Assembly: GCA_030390025.1 (NCBI GenBank)
Contig: CM059432.1
Coordinates: forward strand, 67,148,001 to 67,212,000
Length of the DNA: 64,000 nucleotides
Direction: 5' to 3'
DNA from: Squalus acanthias
Taxonomy: Eukaryota
The number at the start of each line of letters is the position of its first letter. Within the stretch, counting starts at the first letter, position 1. The position numbers and the translations under genes are program-made. Positions 26,695 through 39,000 of this stretch are shown in pieces. A model generated the notes under the pieces. The model saw only the letters and a list, made by a program, of their open reading frames with translations. It did not search any database and was not told the DNA's origin.

Positions 26695-27445
26695 GGCCCA
26701 GAAATTGGCCTCTCCGGCTTGCCGCGGGGGTAAGGATCGCGCGCGATCTTACCTACCGCGCCTGCCGTTCTGTTTTGGGCCCACACGAACTTCGGGTCCC
26801 GGGCCTCTCCCTGGTGCCGGCGCGCAGTGTGTGCGTGTCCCAGAGGCGCAGTTAGTTCGATGCGACCTCTGGGATCACGTGGGTCATGGAGAGCCAATGG
26901 CAGCACACCATCTTTCATTCATAGTTTTGACAGAAGAACTGTCAAAACTATGAATACAAATTGCCCCCAAAAGAACAGCTAAACCTCAATTACATTTTTC
27001 AAAAAACCCATCACATTAATAAAATAACTATAGTTAAATAAATTAACCACTTTAAACAAAAACTTAAATTTTTGCAAAAATTTAAATTCTTTTTAAAAGT
27101 TATAAAAATAAACTTACCTTTCTTTAAAGTCTCTAAAAAAGATAAACCTGTTGAAAAAAATTTAAAATACTTAATTAACTACTTACCTTGTTCAAAAGGG
27201 GTCTTATGCCTCCTTTTTTCATGTGTATAATCTTCCATACTTACCCTCGCGTTCAAACCTGAAAAAAAACCTAAGTGTGCTGCGTGCGCACAGCCTGTAG
27301 TGCGCACGCGGTTCACTTAGGAACCGCCCCCTTCGCAATATCGGAAGTGCCGGTTTCCCGTGCATGCAGGAAACCGGCACTTCGGGACCGAATACGGGGG
27401 AGTACACAGTGCATACTCTCCCGTATTCGGACGAATTTCTGGGCC
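26695..27445. mobile_element. PIF/Harbinger-like MITE
   Basis: 12-bp perfect TIR GGCCCAGAAATT / AATTTCTGGGCC; 3-bp flanking repeat CAT; GC-rich arms, AT-rich centre. Superfamily inferred from the 3-bp TSD. Confidence 0.75.
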
Positions 27446-27989
27446 CATAGCTTTTCCTGCTTTTGTTTTTAATTCGGTGACGCAAATTGTGTATATGTTT
27501 TTCTGCACTTGTGAATAAGTGCTGCATTTCTGACATGTTACATGGGGGGTGTGCTGGCTCAAGAAGACCACGTTTATTAATGGAAGTTGGAAATACGGAT
27601 AGCCATTTTTGTTCAATTCTTTTTAATATTGTGAACTAAAGAACTACAGCACTTTGTTTGTTGGTTGTCTGGTTGCATTGTGAATAATATTCTAATTACT
27701 TATGTGGACGTACAGATGTCAGTGCCAAAGGAAAGCCGCTGCTCCTGCAGCCATTGCTATAGTGACATGAGGGATGGGCTAATACATTGAAAACTTTAAA
27801 ATTAATACAAATTGCATGATATGCCTCTTTCAGCTCACCATGGGCTTTTGGATTGTTTGTCGATGCATAACCGTGTAACAGTAACGTTTCTGAACCGTTA
27901 ATGTATTATGCAGTTCTTTTATATCCCAGTCATTTCTGACAAGTAATTTTCTTTTTCTATATTAAATAGTTTGTACATGACAAACTAAA

Positions 27990-28292
27990 AGCTTTTAATT
28001 AATTCTACCGTAAACAAACTTGCAGAATGGGCATGTAAATGACAAATGAATTTCAATATAGAGAAGTGTGAGGTGGTGCATTTTGGTAGGAGGAATAAGG
28101 AGGCGGCCTACTCCTTGGAAAATAAGAGTCTAAATCGGGTAAATGTGCAAAGGTATCTAGGGGTATAGATTCACAAATCATTAAATGTAGGTTAATAAAG
28201 CCATAAAAGTACAAATAAAGCATTGGGGCTCATTTCTAGAGGAATAGAATTCAAAAGCAGAGAAGTTATGTTAAACCTGTATAGAACCTTGT
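27990..28292 (+). mobile_element. CR1 RT fragment
   Basis: W..KWQMxFNxEKCEVVHFGRRN-like sequence. Confidence 0.75.
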
Positions 28293-28907
28293 CTGATTGT
28301 CTCATGTTGTCCTAAAAGTTGCTGTCGTTGTTTTAAAATTTGCTCACGGAATGAAAAGGTCGTGCTCAAAGGAGTTCGTGGCCTGCTCAGTACAAAAAAA
28401 AATTAGAGGGTACATTGGCTGTTGGACTGGAGGAGGTTTCAGAGATAGGGAAGGATGAGGCTATGGAGGGATTGAAAAACAAGGATGAGAATTTTACAAT
28501 TAAGACATTGCCAGATCGGGAGTCAGCGAGCACAGGGGTCCAATCCATTCCTTTTTGAACACCATGGGATATGTTGCTATGCAAGTGTAAGTTGCTGACA
28601 CCTACAAATTATTTTGTGCAGAATGTTGTAGAAATTATTTAAAAATATAGTGAGAAGTGCAACATAAAGGCTGTACATATAAATTAAATATTCATAAATA
28701 CAAGGTCAGCAAAATTGTATTCATTAAATTATAAATGGTTAAAAGAATATATGCAAAGCAGAAAAATGGAGAAAAAAATCAGATTTGGGGTCATATATAA
28801 ACAGAAACATGATAAATTAGCGGCAAGTTAATTATCTAGTACAGATCATTAATGCTTCCCATTATGCCTTTATGCTATGAACCTGGGTAATGGAGAAAAT
28901 AACTTAC

Positions 28908-28989
28908 TAAACAGCTTTCCAAATGATTCCCTTTTTGCTCGCTCAGCTTCATAGAGTTGTTTCCCTTCTTTTACAAGAGCACTGGCCCA
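28908..28989 (-). CDS. RB1CC1: RB1CC1 coding exon (~exon 11), 82 nt
   Basis: ttaaag|WASALVKEGKQLYEAERAKRESFGKLF+A|GTAAGT; follows a 97-nt intron. Confidence 0.96.
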
Positions 28990-29086
28990 CTTTAAAGTAA
29001 AAACAAAGTTAAATTTGCTTATTTCTACATTCTGGATATGCATAGTAATATTGCATGGAGATATAGACCAGAATTGGTTAACATAC

Positions 29087-29273
29087 CTCCCTGTAATGTT
29101 TAGTGAACATTTTCCGCCTTACTACCTCCACAACAGCGAGGCAGTACATTTGAGGAACCGTGCTAAGTGCCTCAACAATCCGCACTCTCTCTTGCAGTTC
29201 TGTCAGAAGTCGCAGTAAAGCTTGGAGCTTTTCACCATTCTGATCTGCGTGAAGCATCACATAACAGCACCAC
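29087..29273 (-). CDS. RB1CC1: RB1CC1 coding exon (~exon 10), 187 nt
   Basis: tgttag|G WCCYVMLHADQNGEKLQALLRLLTELQERVRIVEALSTVPQMYCLAVVEVVRRKMFTKHYRE|GTATGT. Confidence 0.97.
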
Positions 29274-29592
29274 CTAACAAAGACATTAACAGAATCAGTG
29301 CCAAGTCACTTGGCAATCTTGAAACATGAAAGTGTCTGTAATGTTCATAAAAACAGTGAAATGCATTGAAAAACTTCTACAGTGGAATACTGACAAATAT
29401 AACTAGCTTGACGTAAGTAATGGGACATAATTTGCTGCAGAAGTGAATCCAACGGCTTCTGCCATTAGTTAGACATGCCCTTGCACGTTTAGGTTTTTAA
29501 ATTTTTTGCATCGCAAGTTGCTGGAACTGCGATCTGATAATGTCACAACGAGGAAAAACAGGCACCTGGGACCTCAGTGAACAGGGATAACA

Positions 29593-30964
29593 GTGAGAAG
29601 TCGCACAACACCAGGTTATAGTCCAACAGTTTTATTTGAAATCACAAGCTTTCGGAGCGGCTGCTCCTTCGTCAGGTGAAGTAAAGGAATACAAAATCGA
29701 CAAAGCATATATAGATAGAGAACAATGCATGTGTAACTTACAATGGCAGACGACTACATTTAATCCTCCTGACTGTTTATCTGCCGAGGCGTGACAAAAG
29801 GCAATCAGGTCAGCCAGGAAGGCACCACATCAAAGACATAGCAAGATACAACTGAGACAATGAGGTGGGGTTACAGGGGGTCTAATGTGTCAAAAGCTGC
29901 AGTCGGTATGGAAAACGATAAACTTTAAAATTTTTACTTTTTTACTGGGAATCACATCTGAACAATCCAACGACGACTCAAGTCTGGATGACTCTACGTC
30001 ATGTATCGTGACATAAACCCAAGATCCCGGTTGAGGCCGTCCTCATGAGTGCGGAACTTGGCTATCAGTTTCTGCTCGATGATTTTGCGTTGTCGTGTGT
30101 CTCTAAGGCCGCCTTGGAGAACGCTTACCCGCAGATCCGAGGCTGAATGTCCTTGACTGCTGAAGTGTTCCCCAACTGGGAGGTAACAATCCTGCCTGGC
30201 GATTGTTGCGCGGTGTCCATTCATACGTTGTCTCAGTGTCTGCATGGTCTCGCCGATGTACCATGCCGCGGTGCATTCTTTCCTGCAACGTATGAGGTAG
30301 ACAACGTTGGCCGAGTCACATGAGTATGTACCATGTACCTGGTGGGTAGTGTCCTCACGTGTGATGATGGTATCTGTGTTGATGATCTGGCATGTCTTGC
30401 AGAGGTTGCCGGCAAGGTTGTGTGGTGTCGTGGTCGCTGTTATCCTGAAAGCTGGGTAATTTGCTGCGAACGATGGTACTCTGAGGTTAGGCGGCTGTTT
30501 GAAGGCAAGTAGTGGAGGCGTGGGGATGGCCTTAGCGAGGTGTTCGTTGTCATCGATGACATGTTGAAGGCTGCGAAGAACATGGCGTAGTTTCTCCGCT
30601 CCGGGGAAGGACTGGACGACGTAGGGTACCCTGTTGGTTGTGTCCCGTGTTTGCCTTCTGAGGAGGTCTATGCGATTTTTCGCTGTGGCCCGTCGGAACT
30701 GTCGATCGATGAGTCGAGCGTCATATCCCGTTCTTACGAGGCCGTTTTTCAGCGTCCGTAGGTGTCTATCGCGTTCCTCCTCGTCTGAGCAGATCCTGCG
30801 TATTCGCAGGGCTTGTCCATAGGGATGGCTTCTTTAACGTGGTTAGGGTGGAAGCTGGAGAAGCGCCGAAAGCTTGAGATTTCAAATAAAACTGTTGGAC
30901 TATAACCTGGTGTTGTGCGACTTCTCACTTTTGTCCACCCACAGTCCAACACCGGCATCTCCGC
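29593..30964 (-). mobile_element. Penelope-like element family B (Neptune-like), 5'-truncated, with inverted partial pLTR
   Basis: RT thumb, CKTC linker and GIY-YIG C-terminus (QTLRQRMNGHR...VGEHFS...GLNRDLG); 13-bp TSD AACAGGGATAACA at 29580 and 30965; inverted pLTR at 30866-30964. Confidence 0.9.
29642..29679 (-). ncRNA. Minimal hammerhead ribozyme, family B
   Basis: TCAC-CTGACGA-A-GGAGC-agcc-GCTCC-GAAA-GC-TT-GTGA; palindromic AGCT. Confidence 0.8.
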
Positions 30965-31959
30965 AACAGGGATAACAACTGTGTATCTCTAACTAATCAG
31001 ATTGAAGGACTGTGAAATTAACAGCCTAAGGACCGAGAAGGAAGTGTAAATTAGAGTGGGTGAATTCAATGTCAAATCAGGTACAGAAAAAGAGCAAGAT
31101 TGGATTGATGAGAGAAAATATGGACAGAAAGGAAAAGTTTACGTTTAAAATAAAAAGTTGAATCTCTGACAACAATTAAAACCTGAAGGAATGAGGCTTC
31201 ACACTTGTAACGGTTAATTTTCAGTGCCAGAGAGGTTGACTGGCAGCAATTAACACTCATCAGGTCATTAAATGGGTACTTAGACTGAAATGGATGAGAC
31301 TTAACTTTCTGTGGCGAGTTTCGTTCGTGTCCACCACGCAAATAAAGCAACTTTTCGCCATTCAATTCAGTTCAACGGTGAGGCAGACAGAGAGATGCAG
31401 TTTTCGCGAAGCTAACGACTAGGCAGCGCATCTTGGACGGCAACTTTTGGATTTTCGTGTTTAACTGTGCATCTGCCCTCACCTGAAGTTCCTGTACCAT
31501 TTGCGCATAAATAACAGCGAACACCAATAGCTTCAGCGTTATTGTGACAGCAAATTATCACCCAATATATCAGAGAAATATCAAAGCACTTTTTGAAGTC
31601 ATGTTTGTAGGAAATAAATGTTCCACTTATGACTGAAGTACAGATTTTATAAAACTATTTTACAACCAAAGTCCCTGCAATTTAAATAAAAAGTACCAGT
31701 TTATATAGTAACCAGTATTCACAAAGGTATAGTAGCCTTCATGTAAGAGAATAATCTATACACCAGTGAGGAATCGAACCTAATTAAGAAAATAATTGGA
31801 GCACAATTTTAACCCCCCACACGCCTCCAAACCTGCCTCCACGGGTCAATGAAAATCCAGCCCATGGTAATTATCCCAGTGTTCAAAAAACAAGGGTGAT
31901 TTCTGAAGCACTAATCTCTAAGGGAGTCACCAAACACAGAGGGGGAGGGGGGCACAAAT

Positions 31960-33290
31960 GAATTGGAAACAGGCTAATGTAGTGCCCATATTCAAAAAGG
32001 GTGACAAAACAGATACTGGCAACTGCTGACCCATTAGTCTTATTTGCATTCCATGCAAAATAATGGAATCAATTATCAGGAATAAATGCGAGAACCATTT
32101 GTACAACTACCTACTTAACAGCAGTGAGCATGGATTCAGAAGGGGAAGAGCCTGCCTGACCAACCTTCTCGACTGCTTTGAGGAAGCCCAAGAACATGAT
32201 GTACCTTGACTTCCAAAAGGGTTTTACCAAAGTTCCACACAAAAGGCTATTAATTAGATTGATGGCTGCGGGGACTCGGGGTAAATTCTGGGAATGGATA
32301 AGAAACTGTTTGACGGGTAGGAAACAAGAACGCATTTGAGGAGTTATATCAGTAGGGGTACGGGGTGCGGGAGGTAGTATTGATTGGGGTACCTTGGGAT
32401 TTGCTACTGGGGCCACTCCGGTTTCTAATTACGTCAATGACCTAGATTCAGAGACATGATGCAAAATGGTAAAATTTGTAAATGATACCAAACTAAGAGA
32501 GCAGTGGAATCAGAGGAGGCAGCTCAGAAATTACAGAATGAGTTGAATAGAATATGCAAGTAGGTAGAACAATGGCAGATGAAATTTAATGCAGACAAGT
32601 GAAAAGTGCTACACATCGAAAGGACAAATAGACCATGTGCATATGCCATAAATAGTGTTGAAATAGCTACAGATGAAGTTATGAAACATAGGAGCCTTAG
32701 TAGACTTGACATTAAGTATATCCAATCAATGCAGAGAAACAAACAAAGCTAACAGGATGTTGAACTACATAGCCACAACAGTAGAATTATCTAGAATTCA
32801 AATCAGAGGAGGTAATGATTAAACTGTATAGTGCTTTGGTCTGACCATACTTTGAATACTATGTCCAGTTCTAGCTGCCAAGAAATGAGTGCGCACAGAG
32901 AAGATCCACATGGCTCATGTGAGTTATGAGAAAAGACTGAATATACTTGGGTTGACTTATTAGCAAGAGTTGGATTTTCAGCTTGGAAAGGATATACAAG
33001 AAAGATAGAAAAAGTTAACCCAGAATATTACTTTAAATTAAATTTTGGAAGTAGAACAAGGGGACACAAGTACATGCTAGTAAAAGTTAATTTTAGGGGC
33101 GATATCAGGAAATTCCTCTTCACACAAAATGTAATCAGCATGTGAAATAAACTTCCAGATAGAGTAGCGAAGGCAAAAATTAGAATATAAGAAACAATTG
33201 GATACTACAACTGATGGGATGTTGGGATCTCTCCAAGAATTAATTAAAATAGGCCAAATGCTGTTCCTCATCTGTAATTATCGTGATCTA
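31960..33290 (+). mobile_element. Old CR1 LINE (RT to 3' end)
   Basis: ANVVPIFKKG, YLDFQK.FxKVPH and WQMKFN remnants with many stops. Confidence 0.8.
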
Positions 33291-33849
33291 CATTTGAAAC
33301 TTTGTAAAATACAGTAGATTACCCATAGCATTGCTCATACACAAATTTAAAAAAAAAAAAATCTTCCTGTGCCTGTTTTGCTGGTTGTTTTCCACTTTTT
33401 CCCCTGCCCCTCACTTTTATGTTTCACTTAGTTCAAGGGAGTTGAAGGCTGGTATGGTAGATGGACTATCCTATCCTCCTAAAGTAAGTAATTTGGCCAT
33501 CATTCATTATACTCCACTCACCAAAGCAGGACCTCTTCATTAGGCTACAAGAAATAAAGAAACCAAGCCCTATTGGAAGGTTTACTAACTGGACTTGAGT
33601 TACATACCCAGTTAATGTGTAGCACAGTATAATACAACATTCTAACAAAACCCTAACCCTACTTATAGACCAGTTGTATTTCCACAGGATGCAATTAGTT
33701 GAGAGCATGGAAATACTATTGGCCCCAACGACACAATAGGAGAGTGTCCTTTTTTATGCAACAGTACAATACAACAATTGTTCCCTTCCCGGCTGGACAA
33801 TAAACACAAGATGCTACTAATTCCACATCCAAATAAAAATATTGATGTC

Positions 33850-34565
33850 ACTTCCCTAGCCTCCAAATTCATCCCTCTCCCTGGTCACTGCCCGAGGCTG
33901 AACCAGACCATTTGTAACCTTGGCATCCTATTTGACCACACATCCACTCCAAGACTGCCTACTGCCACCTCTGTAACATCACCGGCTCCATCCCTGCCTC
34001 AGCACATCATCTGTTGAAACCCTCATCCATGCCTTTGTTACCTCTAGACTTTACTATTCCAATGCTCTCCTGGTCAGCCTCCAGGTTTCCATCCTCCATA
34101 AACTTGAACTCATCCAAAACTCAGCTGCTTATATCCTAACTCACACCAAGTCCCATTCACCCATCACCCCCGTGCTCGCTCAGCTACATTGGCTCCTGGT
34201 CCAGCAACACCTCGATTTTAAAATTCTCATCCTGGTTTTCAAATCCCTCCATGGCTCCGCCCCCTACCTATCTCAGAAATCTCCTCCAGCCCTACAACCC
34301 TCAGAGATCTCTGCGCTCCTCCAATACTGGCCTCTTACGCATCCCTGATTTTAATCACTTTACCATTAGCGACCGTGCCTTCAGCTGCCTGGGTCCCAAG
34401 CTCTGGAATTTCCTCCCTAAGCCTCTCCTCCTTTAAGATGCTGTTTAAACACCACCTCTTTGACCACGGTCCTAATATCTCTATGTGGCCCGGTGTCAAA
34501 TTTTGTGAAGCGCTTTGCGCTGTTTTAGTACATTAAAAGGCACTACATAAATGCCACTTGTTCTT
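33850..34565 (+). mobile_element. L2 LINE 3' fragment
   Basis: RLxYSNALL, LHWLxV, RAFSCLGPKLWNxLP; tail gtgaagcgctttg...ggcactacataaatgc. Confidence 0.8.
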
Positions 34566-34884
34566 TTAATGATAAACTAGGCACGCAGCAGCGACATGAG
34601 AAAAAAGCTTCAACCTCCCAAGGCTCAAGTACCACTACTCTCTAAACAGGAGGCTAGTAGCAATATTTTCTTTAGATATAATCTCACCTCTATCATTCAT
34701 TCTGTTCATTCAAAGAAAGTTAGCAATAGCTTGCAAGGATGAGAACAATTTTAAATCAAGAACCCAATACATCAAGCACCTTCCACTCTTCCTTACAATA
34801 TTCAGGAATACACTTATTTAAGCTGAGCTGCATTTCAGATCCTAATTCAAGATAAAGCAATTGTTGAATAACCTCATTTTGTTT

Positions 34885-35468
34885 TTAATTCATTCATGGA
34901 TGTTGGCATCATTGGCAAGGCCAGCATTTATTGCCCATCCCTAATTGCCCTAGAGAAGGTGGTGGCAAGCCAACTTCTTGAACTGATGCAGTCTGTGAGG
35001 TGAAGGTACTCCCACAATGCTGTTAGGGAGGGAGTTCTTGGATTTTGACCCAGCAACAATAAAGGATCGGCAATATATTTCCAAGTCAGGATGGCACGTG
35101 ATTTGGAGGGGAACTTGCAGGTGGTGATAGAAACATAGAAAAAAAATAGGAGAAGGAGTAGGCCATTTGGCCCTTCGAGCCTGCTCCGCCATTCAATATG
35201 ATCATGGCTGATCCAATGTGCCTGCTGCCCTTGTAGGTAGAGGTTGCAGGTTTGGGAGGTGCTGTCAAAGAAGCCTTGGCGAGTTGCTGCAGTGCATCTT
35301 GTAGATGGTACACACTGCACCTATGGTGTGCCAGTGGTGGAGGGAGTGAATGTTTAAGGTAGTGGATGAAGTGTCAATCAAGCAGGTTGCTTTGTCCTGG
35401 ATGGTGTCGAGCTTCTTGAACGTTGTTGGAGCTGCACTCATCCAGGCAAGTGGAGAGTATTCCATCAT
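34885..35468 (-). mobile_element. Second CR1-group LINE family, 3' fragment, with a CR1 tail inserted at ~35127-35212
   Basis: MEYSPLAWMSAAPTT.KKLDTIQDKA; same family as 46330-48600. Confidence 0.85.
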
Positions 35469-35574
35469 AATTGGTTTTGTAGCTTAATCCTTATGCCATC
35501 TAGTTTTCAACTTGCCAGTATCGCCACTTTTCTATCAATTGATTCAGTTGGCAGGACTCTTGCTCAAATCAGAA

Positions 35575-35935
35575 GTTACCCACTCTGAGCTTGAGTATGT
35601 ATTCTACACTGATACTTTAATGCAGTACTAGGGAGTGCTGCACTGTTGGAGGCATTGTCTTTCAGATGAGATGTTAAACCAAAGCTCTGTCTTTCCAGGA
35701 GGATGTAAAAGATCCTCGACATTATTTGAAGAGGAGTGGGAAGTGTCAACATTCTACCATCATCCAAAAACAGATTAACCAGTCATTCAGCCTTTTCACT
35801 TTTTGTGGGATCCTGTTGTACAAATATTGGTTACTGCATTTAACATCGACTGCACTTCAAAAGTAAATTCATTGGAAGTGTTTTGAGACATCCCAAGAAT
35901 ATGATGAAGTTCTATATAAAGGCAAGTTCATTCTT
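35575..35935 (+). mobile_element. Deu-domain SINE
   Basis: gcagtactagggagtgctgcactgttggaggcattgtctttcagatgagatgttaaacc core and L2-type tail. Confidence 0.7.
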
Positions 35936-36089
35936 AAATTTGATTGCTTGTTGGAAGCAGCCTGCGTGTACATTAAATACACATTAGATGTCATGCCAAC
36001 ACCACTCCTAGCCTGCCTGAGAGAAGTAATACTGGAGCCTATTTGCAGTTTGGAAATTTTCTTCTTGCTGTACCACAAACAAGCACAGA

Positions 36090-39000
36090 TTAACATAGGA
36101 TTACATAGGATAGACTGCACAGAAACAGGCCATTCGGCCAGACTAGTCCATGCCGGCATTTATGCTCCACTCGAGCCTCCTCCCGTCTTTCCTCATCTAA
36201 CTCTCAGCATAACCCTCTGTTCCCTTCTATGCTTATCTAGCCTCCCCTTAAATGTATCTATGCTATTTGCCTCAACTACTCCCTGTGGTAGCGAGTTCCA
36301 CATTCTCACCACCCTCTGGGTAAAGAAGTTCCTTCTGAATTCGATTTGATTTCTTGGTGACTATCTTATATTGATGGCCTCTCGTTTTGCTCTTCCCCAC
36401 AAGTGGAAACACTCTCTCTGTATCTACTCTATAAAAACCTTTCATAATTTTAAAGACCTCAATTAGACCATCCCTCAGCCTTCTTTTTTCACGCAAAAAG
36501 AGACCTAGCCTGTTCATCCTTTCCCGATAGGTATACCCTCGCATTTCTGGTATCATCCTTGTAAATCTTCTCTGCACCCTCTCCAGTGCCTCAATATCCC
36601 TTTATACAGGAAACTTTTGTTCATCCGGCACCCAAATATCCGGAATTCTCGCTTAACCGGCAAAAATCATCCTCCGAAAACTCCTCTCAAATAACCGGCA
36701 ATGTTGCCGAGTCGCAGTCGAGTCTCCGCGAACGCCGAGTGCTCCGAAAAATCCTCAAATAACCGGCAATGTTGCCGATCCCGAGTCCGCGAACGCCGAT
36801 TTAGTCAGTAGGGGTACTTTTCAAAAGTGCCACTACTCGGCCTCCTGGCGCTGTCGCAAGTCCGAAACATTGCAGTAGCTTGAATAGATTCTCCCGTGCT
36901 GCTTGGAGTCTCTTTGTTAAAAATAGCCTCGGTAGATATAACTCTCTGTTATCCGGTACTTTCGATAAACCGGCACCACGCCGGTCCCGTCGATGCCGGA
37001 TAAACGAAAGTTTCCTGTAATATGGTGACCAGAATTGTACGCAGTACTCCAAGTGTGGTCTAACCAAGGTTCGATACAGATTTAGCATAACTTCACCACT
37101 TTTCAATTCTATCCCTCTAGAAATAAACCCTAGTGCCTGGTTTGGTTTTTTATGGCCTTGTTAACTTGTGTCACTACTTTTAGCGATTTGTTTATTTGCA
37201 CTCCGAGATTCCTTTGCTCCTCTACCCCCACCCAGACTCGCACCCTCCAAGTAATAAGTGACCTCCCTATTCTTCCTATCAAAATGTAATACCTCACATT
37301 TATCTATGTTGAATTTCATTTGCCAATTAGAAGAACATAAGAACATAAGAAACAGGAGCAGGAGTAGGCCAATCGGCCCTTCGAGCCTGCTCCGCCATTC
37401 AATAAGATCATGGCTGATCTGATCCTCACCTCAAATCTAAAGAACACAAGAAGTAGGAGCAGGACCCGGCCACTCAGCCCCTGGGCCCGCTACGCCACCC
37501 ACAGGGCCTCGACCGATCCGAACTCAGCCTCATGTCCAATTTCCTGCCCGCTCCCCGTAACCCCTAATTCCCTTTACTTCTAGGAAACTGTCTATTTCTG
37601 TTTTAAATTTATTTAATGATGTAGCTTCCATTATAGGCCCATTCTGCAAGTTTATTAATGTCTTTCTGTAATTTGATGCAATCCTCCTCAGTATTAACTA
37701 TCCCCCCAATTTGGTATCATCTGCAAATTTAGAAATTGTATTTTTGATTCCAATGTCTAAATCGTTAATATAAATTGTGAACAACAGAGGTCCCAGCACT
37801 GATCCTTGTGGAACACTACCCACCTTCTGCCACTGTGAATAGCTACCCTTTACCTCCACTCTCTGCTTTCTGCCTTGAAGCCAGCTAGTTATTCATTCTG
37901 CTACTTGACCCGACTCTGCATTCTCTGACCGTATTCATTAGTCTATTATGTGGTACCTTATCGAAGCCCTTTTGAAAATCTAGATGAATTACATCTACTG
38001 CATTACCCTTCTCTATTCACGGTTACTTCTTCAAAAAATTCAATGAGATTGGTCAAGCAAGACTTTCCCTTTTGAAATCCATGCTGACTATTCCTTATAT
38101 TTTTGGCTTCTAGATTTTCATCGATTTTTCACCTTTTGTAGGGATTCCATTATTTTTCCTGCCACCGATGTTAAGCTAACTGGTCTATAGTTCCCTGGAC
38201 ATGTTCTATTTCCCTTCTTAAATATAGGTATTATGTTAGCTATCTGCCAGTCCTCTGGCACTACACCCTTTGCTAATGAATTATTAAATATGTGTAGTAA
38301 TGTCTCCGCTATCTCTTCTCTAGATTCTTTTAAAATGCACGGAGGTAATCCATCCGGACCATGTTTTTTTTTCCTCCGAGTTTGATTAGTTTACTTAATA
38401 TATCTCCACTTTATTTTAAATGCAGTTATTTCATTACTGAGCTCATGATCCAATGGCATGTCCACTTGTTCTATCTCCCTGGTAAATACTGAAGCAAAGT
38501 AATTATTTAATATTTCTGCCTGTGGTATTATCTTGTCCATCCCTTAGTGGCCCTATTCCCATCCCGACCTTCCTTTTTTAAAAAAAATTTATGTGCCAGT
38601 AAAATATTTTACTATTTTGTTTTATGTTCCTTGATAATTTAATGTCATAGTTCCTCTTTGCCTTCCTAATTGTTTTATTGACTTCTTTCCTAATCTCTTC
38701 CTATTTTCCCTTATCATGCTCTCCCCTGAGGTCCATGTATTTAGTGTATGCCTCTTTCCTTACCATCAATTTTTCCCTTATGGCTTTATTCATCCATGGT
38801 GTCTCATTAGTGTTTAGCTTGTTCTTTTTTTAGCAGAATATATTTTTCCTGGACTCTGTTGAACACGGTTTTAAATGTTTCCCATTGCTGTTCTACGTCA
38901 TTGTTTGCCAATATTGTTGTCCATTTTATTTTCCCAAGTTCTATTCTCAGCCCCTCAAAATCAGCTTTTCTCCAATCTATTACCCTGGTCTTCGTCATAC

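Larger units (their letters stand above)
29422..31563. mobile_element. PIF/Harbinger-like MITE interrupted by a Penelope insertion
   Basis: TIR GGGACATAATTTGCTG / CAGCAAATTATCACCC (14/16 match); AAT on both flanks. Confidence 0.7.

Noticed and set aside
31798..31865. Tiny internally deleted Harbinger-like MITE
   Set aside because: Putative TIRs match too poorly to support a call.
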